From Tubulanus polymorphus (lineage: Eukaryota; Animalia; Nemertea), in assembly GCF_964204645.1 (NCBI RefSeq), contig NC_134030.1:1161355-1225354 (forward strand): a stretch of DNA of 64,000 nt, read 5' to 3'. Made by a program: the position numbers and the translations under genes. Below are positions 12,901-22,734 of this stretch, in pieces. Under the pieces are notes generated by a model. That model was given only the letters and a program-made list of their open reading frames with translations. It had not been told where the DNA came from and made no database searches. Position 1 is the first letter of the stretch. Each line of letters opens with the position of its first letter.

Positions 12901-15900
12901 GGGTTCAGTTTCATGAGACACAGTTCAAACTGCTCTTGAATTTGAGTTTGTAATTAATGTATGTGATTATAATGAATTGTATTTTTGTTTTACAGCTTTG
13001 GCATTTCGGTTAAGTCGTGCGTTCCGGCGGGAGGAGTTCGTCAGAATATTTCTACCGGAGTGTAAGTAGTTTAACTATTTTCATACAATATCATTTAGTG
13101 TGACGTGTGTTACTGATTCAGGCACGGATCCAGGAATGTTTCCAAGACGGGGTTCATAAAAATGCTGACTAAAATCTCTAATAATAGCCGGGGCCTATAC
13201 GGCATATTTTTTGGCCAAACATAAGGCCTTTTTTTAATAGCATGGTTTGGTTGCTCCCAAAATTTGAAGAAACATAAAATAAAAAAGAATTAGAAAAAAA
13301 ATTTTTTATTCCTGTCTGTGAAACAAATTCAGTGAAAAACCGAGCAAAAAAGATTTTTCACCTCGGCCGAATGAGAATCCTGGATTGAACGATGAAACAA
13401 TTGAAAAACGCGAGGTTCTTTTTTGATCGCAGTGTGCAGAATTCAAACTTTCCAAGAATCATTTGTTCGGACATATGTATATTGCCCTATTGACAGTTCC
13501 CTCTTCCTTCTAAAAGTGATTTTATCTCACTGAGGGAATTTTTAAAAAATTTTCTCTGAAATGATATGGTAGCGTTTTTTTTTTTGCTTTAAAAATTTTT
13601 TGGTAGCCGATCAGCGGGGTCACGACCCCTGAAACCCTCCCTGGATCCGCGCCTATGATATCTCCTCAAAATCTAATAAAATCTTTCAATGAATTAATGC
13701 TGTAATGACGATATGTAGCCATCTGTCTATTTGAATGCATTTGCAAAAAGACAAAAAGAAATAGTAGCAGAATTTTGGCTAAAAGTTTAGAATACCCAAA
13801 TTCAACATTGCTTGCAGCAGACGGAATTTCCGCCATTTTGGTTAACAGGGGATTCCCCCCTCCGGTACTTCCCATGATCAATAGTGTCTATGACGCGTTG
13901 CGTACGGAATGCCATGGAATTCCCTCACATGATTTATGATAATAATGTTTACTTGCATTCTGATTGGTTAAAATCGCGTGTAGTTTGAACGTAGGCAATG
14001 TTTACATTTGTAACGTCACCGGCGAGTCGCTGACATTAACGTAGTCATTGAGTTAACATTATCTTGCACTGAATGGTGATATCAATCGCATTCATTTTAT
14101 AAATATTTTGAATATGAATTTGTTTTTATATATCAACTGCGAGTAACAGTGTTACGCTATTGAGTCTTAAGAGACAGCCTTTATGGACCTTATTGGTTGT
14201 TATAACTCACAAGCTGACTGAGTTAGCATTCTGGATCCGTCAGATTAGTTACTTCTAGAAAATATGTTAGTCACATTTTCTGACTATATTCTGGAAAACA
14301 GTGGAAGCTTGTATCCACCCTAGATTAGAACCAATCAGAATAGAACCAATCAGAATACACTATTTTACAGAAAATATATTTATGACAATTGCGTAAGGTT
14401 TTAGTAAAATAGTGTTTTTTCTCGAGTAGTTGCCGAAGAAGCATAAAAATTTGATTCAATTTCATTCAGATTTAAACAAACAAATCGAATTTCATTTCAT
14501 TCAGCGCAAACTTCAAATCTAATTAAAATTTTGTTCAGTATGAATAAGTTGCAAATCATTGAGAGGAAAAAATAATTAATTGTGTTACTTAAAAAAATCA
14601 CAATTGTACTGTGTTTATCAAAACAGGAGACCACAGGACCTTTGGTCCTCTAGTATTCTTTTCCTAGTTATTCCAAAAACACTAAAACAGTCCAATCAAT
14701 GATCGCTGCCAGACCAACACGATTACATTGAAATCAAACTTAAGTAACATCAGGCGCCCCCTGTTGGAATAATATTCATAGCCGTAGCATCGAAACCATT
14801 CGACTTGTTGTTTAATGTATTTCTCTCTATTTTTATTTTACAGTGATGAACATTTTAGAAGAATGTCCGTTTGGGGACTTGGTGGGGGAATTCAAAAGAA
14901 ACTTGGTTCCCGATAGGATACCACCACCGGTTAATCCTATATCGCCCGCTGCTGCCCCTCCCCCACGTCCATTAAATTCGCCTCAGCAGCGGCCTGTCAG
15001 ACAGCCGCCCCCGGCCGCCACTCGTTCGTCAGACAGAGTCCGGGGACGGCTGTTTGAAGGAGATCTGACGGAGGTAAGAATCTTTATTTGTATTCATATT
15101 TTATTCAGGATATCAGTTGAAGTTCAGCAAATAAATTACCAGACCTGTAAACAGAAGAGTAGTCATAAATTTCCATTTGCGGGTAAAACCCCATAGTCGA
15201 AAACCTTCGGTTATTGATCTATATCTGCTTAAGACCAATGGTTGTACACACGAGTGCGAAAACTTATCGCTCAAACTTTGATTGTATCCATGGTAACGCG
15301 TACAGTATACTATGCGTGACTTACCGTTTCCTATCACTGGAATACAATACTGTTTTTGACCATGAGCGCCATCTGCGGCGGTCATAACGGACTGACTGGT
15401 GATTGGCTGAAATGCTCGTCTACCGTGGTGACGATTATTCGGTGTTACACGTGCAGCAGACACGTCTCTGAATATCTAACATTTGATTGTTGTAACTCAT
15501 CGGGAAAAATATGTTTATGAGTCGATTTTTTGTCGAAATTTTGTTCGGCAGAAAATTGGCTGCGTACGTCAAGAAGGCGGCTGATATTTGTATCGTGTGA
15601 CCCCTCGTCCCGGTAATATGCCGACCCACGTACACCTGAGACCAGTTGCATAGTCAGAGCTTAGAATTAAGACCGTTCTAAGACCAACTTAGTTCTATAG
15701 CCAATCTAATAACTTAAGACCAGTCTTTAGATTTAAGACCACTTTTGGACTTAAGTCTTGACCATGGAATCGGCCCCAGATGCTTATTCCGCTGTATTGG
15801 ATGCTGACGTGCTCGTGTCTTCCAGCAATGTTGTTATTCACCAAAAATATCATGTTTTGTTCGAATAACACGATTCATCTGAGTCTGGGTTTAACGGATG

Positions 15901-16600
15901 ACACGTTCAAACAGAACTACGAAATCAATATCAGAAGTCCTTTTATATTGAAACGGTCCCAGAAGTCCCTGTTATAATGGGTACTTTTTCAAAAAAAGTA
16001 ACGAGAACTCCGATGGCTTTCCGTATCGGTAAAAACTAACTATTTCTATGAGCGTCACTCGTAGATTTACCGAAACGCCACCTTGTGACACGATATCCTA
16101 ACTACGTATAGGTGTTTTATTTGCTGAATCGCTGGTTTCTCATTCTCATTTTTTATACTTGTGTTTAATTTTATACTAAACAAATTTTTCACTTTTTCTC
16201 TTTACAGACACGACCACCGCCAAAAAAAACTAGAACAAAAAGGAAAAGAAAAGTTGCGGTCGTCGTGGCTCCGCAGGGAGGAGGAGCAAGAGTGGTCCCG
16301 GCGGATGGTGCGGCTGAAGAAGGTAATCGGGAGGAAGGGGAGGGGATAAATAGGAAGCGGCCGAGGAGGGATGGTGGTGGGGCTGGGGATGGTGCGGGTC
16401 CTGCTCCTCCTGCTCCTCCATCCGTATCTCGGGCGGTCACTCGTTCACTCGCCAAAAAGCTGGCGAGTGAACGAGTGGCCCGAGAGGTAGAGGTGGTGGC
16501 CCGACATACGGATGGAATGTGGGAGGAGCGGCTTCGTTCGGGGACAATTCCGGATTTGTTAACTGATTTAAAAAATATTCTTTCAGTGAAGGGATATTAG
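915..16600 (+). CDS. Gene A copy 1: spliced orphan gene, 9 coding exons, 340 aa, low-complexity probable nuclear protein
   Basis: Exons 915-977, 2142-2231, 2641-2679, 3056-3082, 4975-5013, 5224-5299, 12996-13061, 14844-15073 and 16208-16600. All have pyrimidine-tract+AG acceptors and GTAAGT/GTAAGA donors, with compatible phases (0,0,0,0,0,1,1,0). Total 1023 nt with no internal stop: MPKANKKTRGVGPSTSSPYNK-GTAQ17KFNISMSGID-FLPTTPPSGVSTP-DLSPIQHVD-RQFASQARSPSLN-LSNNS7APLPPETPPDLQAR-TLAFRLSRAFRREEFVRIFLPE-LMNILEECPF...RGRLFEGDLTE-TRPPPKKTRTKRKRKV...RLRSGTIPDLLTDLKNILSVKGY*. The frame is preserved in copy 2. Confidence 0.8.
1043..1149. mobile_element. Small MITE, PIF/Harbinger-like (also 33065-33171)
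   Basis: TIR ggtccagtttcacaaa / tttgtgaaactgggcc with CTG direct repeat on both sides. Confidence 0.7.
1729..1873. mobile_element. Tc1/mariner(pogo)-type MITE
   Basis: TA|cagcagactc ... gagtctactg|TA: TIR with TA target duplication; inserted into the second copy of a ~300-bp intronic duplication. Confidence 0.65.
3907..4219. mobile_element. MITE with 14-bp perfect TIR
   Basis: atgggatacccgca ... tgcgggtatcccat plus further internal inverted matches; also present in copy 2 (~35932-36244). Confidence 0.7.
4606..4824. mobile_element. MITE (CAGG...CCTG ends)
   Basis: caggtccgtagc ... gctacgttcctg imperfect TIR. Confidence 0.55.
6974..8178. mobile_element. Non-autonomous DNA transposon, CAGGGTTC termini, 5-bp TSD (hAT5-like)
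   Basis: ctgaa|cagggttc ... gaaccctg|ctgaa, with subterminal cttgaaa repeats. Copy 2 (39396-40547) has a ~50-bp deletion near its right end. Confidence 0.8.
7435..7894. mobile_element. Harbinger-like MITE nested in the hAT5-like element
   Basis: Imperfect ~30-bp TIR ggccatacaaaaatcaaggtctgtttgccgt / acggcaaaacagacaattaatttgggatggcc; TTA on the left flank. Confidence 0.65.
8590..8786 (+). repeat. 35-bp tandem repeat (~5.5 units; also ~40959-41155)
   Basis: Unit gtcgagggaccgtttaggaagttcacgtctttcac. Confidence 0.95.
8848..9617 (+). mobile_element. Helitron/Helentron-type non-autonomous element (HINE-like) with ~161-bp internal tandem repeats
   Basis: 5' short inverted pair agctacc...ggtaagc; ~3 internal units each containing aagatggccgcc; 3' hairpin ttgac-tcactg-gtcaa followed by CTAGTT. 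Confidence 0.55.
10250..10940 (+). pseudogene. DIRS-like reverse transcriptase remnant
   Basis: Frameshifted motifs KRAIEPV...GWFS*IFMLLK, WAASLDLKD, VPIHP...QFRSLPVGLSTA and VYLDDWLL match the DIRS RT pattern (KGAIE.V / SLDLKDAY.HVPIH / LPFGL.TAP / YLDDWL). About 190 bp of unrelated sequence is inserted before YLDD. Confidence 0.85.
11305..11400 (+). mobile_element. Penelope-like pseudo-LTR fragment with degenerate minimal hammerhead core (also ~43673-43770)
   Basis: cac-CTGATGA-agcttc...ccCAAAGCTTgtg...AATAAA; the GAAA core reads CAAA, so it is probably inactive. Confidence 0.45.
11420..12540 (+). repeat. 63-bp tandem repeat (~18 units)
   Basis: Unit caattccagtaagtcaggtttagggaatagatatttaaaccttgagatgataccgatgtgata. 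Confidence 0.96.
13120..13654. mobile_element. MITE present only in copy 1 (intron 7)
   Basis: TIR aggcacggatccagg / cctggatccgcgcct; absent from the corresponding site (~44740) in copy 2. Confidence 0.75.
15639..15776. mobile_element. Harbinger-like MITE (CWG flanks)
   Basis: ctg|agaccagttgcatagtca ... tgaccatggaatcggccc|cag, with internal ttaagacc repeats. Confidence 0.5.
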
Positions 16601-16652
16601 GTGCCTTGAACGCATGAGTCGTTCATGCGCGCCTAATATGCCTTCACTGAAA
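16581..16652 (+). other. 24-bp-arm hairpin overlapping the gene A stop codon (also ~46699-46770)
   Basis: tttcagtgaagggatattaggtgc ... gcgcctaatatgccttcactgaaa; inner cgcatga/tcatgcg pair. Confidence 0.75.
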
Positions 16653-17209
16653 AAAATCAACTATAACATGTACCACATATTTTTTGATTTAATTTTAGTC
16701 CAATTCCACAATTATTTCGGCTTACAATAGTGTCTTCAATTCTTTAAAGCCCAAAGCACCTTTTTGACTCAACATCCAGTATGAAGGTGGCCGGGAATCG
16801 GGCCTGTTTTCTTCCATTTTTGTATCCCGCCCAGCATACTGGTTGTTGACTCGAAAAGGTGCTCGCTCTGGGAGCTTATCAAAGGCAGGTGATGGGAAAG
16901 GTGCCATCACACACTCTCCTTTGATAAGTTTCCTAGAGTGTCACGGGCTTTAACGGGTTGAATTCACTATAATACCAATTTTCCAAAATCAATTTAATTT
17001 CTTTCAGGCCATTCTTTTTCCATGTTTTTCTGGTACATGTTATGGTTGATTTCCATTTTCGAAAATCCGGAATTGAAGCCGTTCGAAGTCGGGGGGATGG
17101 TGGTGGGGTTGGGTTAGTTTAGGGTTCCTCTCTGATTACCTTCTTTAGCTCATCATCCGTGCAGGTGGCGCTTGCTCTTCTAGCCGGTGTTCCCTGGGGT
17201 AAACATTTT

Positions 17210-17710
17210 AAATTTAAAAAATCAAAAATAAAAAAAAAATTATAAAATCTTTAAAAATCTCATCTCATTTCATCCAATTTATTTATTTGCGGGTGCGATG
17301 CCTATCGCACCCATTCATGTCATCCATCAAAAAAAAAATTAAAACTAAAAACGAAAAAAAATATAAAAATTTAAAAAATCTCATCTCATTTCATCCAATT
17401 TATTTATTTGCGGGTGCGATCCCTATCGCACCCATTCATGTCATTCATCCAAAAAAAAATAAAAAACTAAAAACGAAAAAAAAATGTAAAAATTAAAAAA
17501 ATCTCATCTCATTTCATCCAATTTATTTATTTGCGGGTGCGATTCCTATCGCACCCATTCATGTCATTCATCAAAAAAAAATTAAAACTAAAAACGAAAA
17601 AAAATATAAAAATTTAAAAAATCTCATCTCATTTCATCCAATTTATTTATTTGCGGGTGCGATTCCTATCGCACCCATTCATGTCATTCATCCAAAAAAA
17701 ATTTAAAAAC
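17210..17710 (+). repeat. ~121-bp A-rich tandem repeat with GC hairpin (4 units; 5 units at ~47330-47945)
   Basis: Each unit contains gggtgcgat-Ncct-atcgcaccc. Confidence 0.93.
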
Positions 17711-17964
17711 TAGAAATTAAAGTTCTAAGTTTGTTGTTAGATTCTATTCAAAGAACGTTGTAAAGTTCTTAATTTGTCGTAAAAAACGTTAGAAAAAAAG
17801 AACTTCTTAAAGTTCTCAATCTGCCGTAAAATGCAATTGAAAAGATTATAACTCACATGAAAATTAAAAAGATAAAATAATTGATAAATAATCATTAATA
17901 AAAATTGAACTTTGGTCTCGCAATGTTTCCCCGTTATGCATTTTTTACTCGTCGTCAAACATCG

Positions 17965-18645
17965 GCAGCTCATCGTCGATACTCGCAGCTCGATACACAC
18001 CAGCAGCTTGTCGTCGATACACACCAGCAGCTCGATACACACCAGCAGCTTGTCGTCGATACTCACCAGCAGCTCGATTCACACCAGCAGTTCGTCGTTG
18101 ATACACACCAGCAGTTCGTCGTCAATACACACCAGCAGTTCGTCATCGATACACACCAGCAGTTCGTCGTCGATACACACCAGCAGCTCGATACACACCA
18201 GCAGTTCGTCATCTATACACACCAGCAGTTTGTCGTCGATACACACCAGCAGTTCGTCGTCGATACACACCAGCAGTTCGTCGTCGATACACACCAGCAG
18301 TTGGATACACACCAACAGCTCGATACTCAGCAGCAGTTTGATACACACCAGCAGCTCGTCGATACACACCAGCAGTTCGTCGTCGATACACACCAGCAGT
18401 TGGATACACACCAGCAGCTCGATACTCAGCAGCAGTTTGATACACACCAGCAGCTCGTCAATACACACCAGCAGTTCGTCGTCGATACACACCAGCAGCT
18501 CGTCGTCGATACACACCAGCCGCTCGATACTCACAGCTCGATACACACCAGCAGCTCGTCGATACACACCAGCAGCTCGATACTCACCAGCAGCTCGATA
18601 CACACCAGCAGCTCGTCGTCGATACACACCAGCAGCTTGATACCA
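17965..18645 (+). repeat. 18/21/24-bp cryptic minisatellite (shorter at ~48200-48620)
   Basis: gatacacaccagcagctc(gtc)n units; source of the DTHQQ/SSIHT ORFs. Confidence 0.93.
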
Positions 18646-19613
18646 AAACAGCTTTTAGCTGGTGAAAACCTACCCCCCATCGGGGTTAAACATGATCAAG
18701 CTATTATTCTAGGAATATAACTGTTGCAAGGGAAGTTAAGATTCATTAACCTAAACTTGATACAAAGAGATTATTGCTAATTATGAATTTCAAGGGTTTA
18801 AAAACTGATTTAAAAATCTTGAAAGACGCTCGGTCTCACTAGAGATTTTCATCTTAAAGATTTATTGTCCTCTTACTATTGTTTAGGTGATCTATAATTT
18901 GGTAAATGCTGTGGTTGGAAAGATGCCAGAAGAAAGTTGATTCGTGCACATCTTCACTTCACGTATTTATTGCACAAGGCGCCGACTTGCACCTGCACTA
19001 CACCATTCACACTTCACCACTTCTGCATCTTTATCAATTAATTCTGGCATCTATTTGAAAATTACTTTAAACATCAGATCTCAAACTGAAACATTGAGGT
19101 ATTGAATTTCAAACTGAAATATCGAGCTATCGAATCTCGATCTCAAATGTTTACTGGAAGCCATATTTGATGTTGTATTATTCATCATAGATTGTTTAGT
19201 GTTTTCTGGCATATGCGGGCCATTTAAGATGGTCAGATAAATTCCCCGGTGGAAAATATATCTCGTGGAAGAGTCATGGAAATGAAAAATATCTTATGTA
19301 GATGTGAAGTTAGGAACCTTGCAACAGTTATTCCACCTGAGGATAATTTGATATAAGATGAATCAGTTATTGGATCATTTAACTGAAGCCAAATATAGTG
19401 AAAAATCTTATTAAAAATTTGTCTCAAACTACAATTGAAAGGACTTATCACAGTTCTAATTCGACTCTAGGTGCGTTCAGAAGAACTTCTTAACAGTGAA
19501 AAAACTTGACTAAAAATCAGGAATCGACCCTGTTCATTGATAAGATTTGATCTTTATTTGAAGATTAAGAATCAAACTCGCTAATTCACAATTTTTGGTA
19601 GTAAATACTGTTG

Positions 19614-19820
19614 ATCCATCATATTCGCAGCCCCCCGTGGGCTTACCAATCCATCATACGTGCAGCCACTTTGCGCTTACCAGTCTATCATACTCGCAGC
19701 CCCAGTGGGCTTTTCGATCCATCATACGTGCAGCCCCCGTGGGCTTACCAGTCCATCATACTCGCAGCCCCAGTGGGCTTATCAATCCATCATACGCGCA
19801 GCCCCCTTGGGCTTATCAAT
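19614..19820 (+). repeat. 34-bp tandem repeat (6 units; 4 units at ~49591-49730)
   Basis: Unit atccatcatacgtgcagcccccgtgggcttacca. Confidence 0.9.
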
Positions 19821-20003
19821 GAGAAACATTCAGACATAGTAACCGTTTTACTCGTGCTTTTCAACGACACCGTCTTATCACTCTGTAGAACGGCGATCGC
19901 AGCGTGAAATTTGTAATCGTATTTCTCCGCTGAATTTGAATATTTGATACGCGACGCGCGTGATTGAAGCTTTGTTTATGTTCGTGCTTGCCGCGATGAA
20001 TTG

Positions 20004-20288
20004 TCATAAATATATCCTCCGTACAGGAGGACCATGAAAAGGTTTGAAGGGATCCCTAGTTAGCGCTTGTCCAGGTTTGGCTCTGGACCCGCTTGTTCGA
20101 CTAGGCATCTTGTTGGAAATTTTGTCGACTGAAACTTCCGTAACTTTCGTTTTAGACCTCGCTGCTCGAAGAGCCGTTGCTGCGTCGGTTACTGTCATGC
20201 TTCGGCACAATTTTGAACGATTGTTGGAAACCGCCTTGTTCTTCTGCTGCAGATGTTGACTGTGTCGTACCCATAGTAAAGTAGCCAT
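20004..20288 (-). CDS. Gene B copy 1: 94-aa basic orphan ORF convergent with gene A
   Basis: ATG in aagATGG context; GC-richer than flanks; the three differences from copy 2 are all synonymous (CTA/CTG, GTT/GTA, GCC/GCT). Confidence 0.5.
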   Translation of the reverse strand: MATLLWVRHSQHLQQKNKAVSNNRSKLCRSMTVTDAATALRAARSKTKVTEVSVDKISNKMPSRTSGSRAKPGQALTRDPFKPFHGPPVRRIYL

Positions 20289-20703
20289 CTTAAATTCAAA
20301 TAGTTTCGGACATTTGAGGTCCTCATCAACTCCGAGTCTTCATTCAACTGCAGTTACTGCCATTTGCCAGTGTCTGATGTAGAAGTTCTGACTTGACATT
20401 TTGATTTTCAGAATTAAAACCTTTTTTCTATTAAAGAAATTAGATATTGGTTAAAAAGAAATTAGATATTGGTTAAAAAACAAGTGAATAATTGTTTGTA
20501 AGAAAAAAGAAAATCATGTTAGAAAAAAATATAGATGTAAAAAAATATAGATGTAAGAAAAAAAAGTATATTTTAAATCGACGAGACGACAGAACCAGCA
20601 TCAGCAACAACAACATCAGAGGAAGCAGTAACCAGTTATTTATCAGCTCCATAAATTACTGAAACGAAATCCACAACTCGGAAACCAACCACACTCAACT
20701 CTA

Positions 20704-21820
20704 GAATTGTTCATACAACTGTCAACATGGAGTTCATCTCACAAGCAAATTAGGTAATTATCTTATGAAATTGTATGAATTGCCAATTTTACATTTTTGC
20801 ATTTCAAGTAGGTGTAATTGAATGTTTGTCAACCTTACTCTTATAAAACTGTGTTAACCGTTGAACAGGATTCTAAGACTGTGCAGAAAACCCGTTATCG
20901 CTGCTTTGCAGCTATAATTATCTGATAAATTAGTATGGAATGCCAATTTTACATTTTTGCATTTAAGTTTAAATGAGTTTAAAATCACGTTTCATTTGTT
21001 GTTTATTTTGTCTTTTCAGTTTTCAATTTGCCGAGATCAATCGTCAAAAACTGTTACAACGGAAACTAAGATAACAAAGACTTGATTTGGCAGATTGAAG
21101 AAATCCTGCGAAAAGATTATTCATGAATTGTTCATACAACTGTCAACATGGAGTTCATCTCACAAGCAAATTAGGTAATTATCTTATGATTTTGTATGAA
21201 ATGCTAATTTTTACTCGTTAATTTTTTACAAATAAGTTGACTTTATTAATTTCTTGTTTATTTTGTTTTTTCAGTTTTCAATTTGCCGAGATCAGTCATC
21301 AAAAAACTGTTACAACGGAAACTAAGATAACAATGACTTGATTTGGCAAAGATTGAAGAAATCCTGCGAAGAGATTATTCAAGAATTGTTCATACAACTG
21401 TCAACATGGAGTTCATCTCACAAGCAAATTAGGTAATTATCTTATGATTTTGTATGAAATGCCAATTTTACATTTTTGCATTTAAGTTTAAATGAGTTTA
21501 AAATCACGTTTCATTTGCTGTTTATTTTGTCTTTTCAGTTTTCAATTTGCCGAGATCAGTCATCAAAAAACTGTTACAACGGAAACTAAGATAACAAAGA
21601 CTTGATTTGGCAAAGATTGAAGAAATCCTGCGAAGAGATTATTCATGAATTGTTCATACAACTGTCAACATGGAGTTCATCTCACAAGCAAATTAGGTAA
21701 TTATCTTATGATTTTGTATGAAATGCTAAATTTTACTCGTTATTTTTTTACTAATAAGACTTTGAAATCTTTATTTATTTCTTGTTTATTTTGTCTTTTC
21801 AGTTTTGAATTTGCCGAGAT
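20704..21820 (+). repeat. ~260-bp tandem exon-intron-like repeat (4 donors; 5 at ~50592-51990)
   Basis: Each unit reads ttttcag|ttttcaatttgccgag...caagcaaattag|gtaatt; the unit checked has stops in all three frames. Confidence 0.85.
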
Positions 21821-21927
21821 TCACATGTAGCAGATATAATGGAATTAAGTATTGAGAACCGCAACTTAACAATAAACCGGATCAACTTAATATAGTGCTG
21901 AGGACCAAAAATAAAGGATAAACCCGA

Positions 21928-22540
21928 CCAGTGTAATTCAGTGTCGAGAACCGCAGTTAAACGATGAACCCGACCAGTGTAATTCAGTGTCGAGAACCAC
22001 AATTAAACGATAAACCGGACCAGTGTAATTCAGTGTCGAGAACCGTAATTAAACGATGAACCGGACCAGTGTAATTAAGTGTCGAGAACCACAATTAAAC
22101 GATGAACCGGACCAGTGTAATTCAGTGTCCAGAGCCGCAGTTAAACAATGAACCGGACCAGTGTAATTCAGTGTCGAGAACCGCAATTAAACGATGAACC
22201 GGACCAGTGTAATTAAGTGTCGAGAACCATAATTAAACGATGAACCGGACCAGTGTAATTCAGTGTCGAGAACCGCAATTAAACGATGAACCGGACCAGT
22301 GTAATTAAGTGTCGAGAACCACAATTAAACGATGAACCGGACCAGTGTAATTAAGTGTCGAGAACCACAATTAAACGATGAACCGGACCAGTGTAATTCA
22401 GTGTCGAGAACCGCAATTAAACGATGAACCCGACCAGTGTAATTAAGTGTCGAGAACCACAATTAAACGATAAACCGGACCAGTGTAATTCAGTGTCGAG
22501 AACCGTAATTAAACGATGAACCGGACCAGTGTAATTCAGT
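21928..22540 (+). repeat. 46-bp tandem repeat (13.3 units; 11.3 at 52095-52615)
   Basis: Unit ccagtgtaattcagtgtcgagaaccgcaattaaacgatgaaccgga. Confidence 0.96.
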
Positions 22541-22734
22541 TTCGCAATAACCGCAATAAAACGATAATCTGGAGTTGTAATAGTGTTGTGTATTTGCGTA
22601 GTGGATCAAGTGGAAGGATTTTAAGTGTATTTGGTGACTTTAATTCGTTCGCATCCAACAGAATCAACAAAGACATTACAAAAAACGACAAAAAATGATT
22701 GAATGTAAATGCATTGAATTTAGGTTTGATGATC

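Noticed and set aside
16189-16455. Antisense ORFs over exon 9 (and 26009-26339)
   Set aside because: Shadow frames of a GC-rich coding exon; splice signals support the other strand.
17905-18720. Long DTHQQ / SSIHT / ELLVCID ORFs
   Set aside because: By-products of a stop-poor minisatellite open in several frames on both strands; frame connections differ between the two copies.
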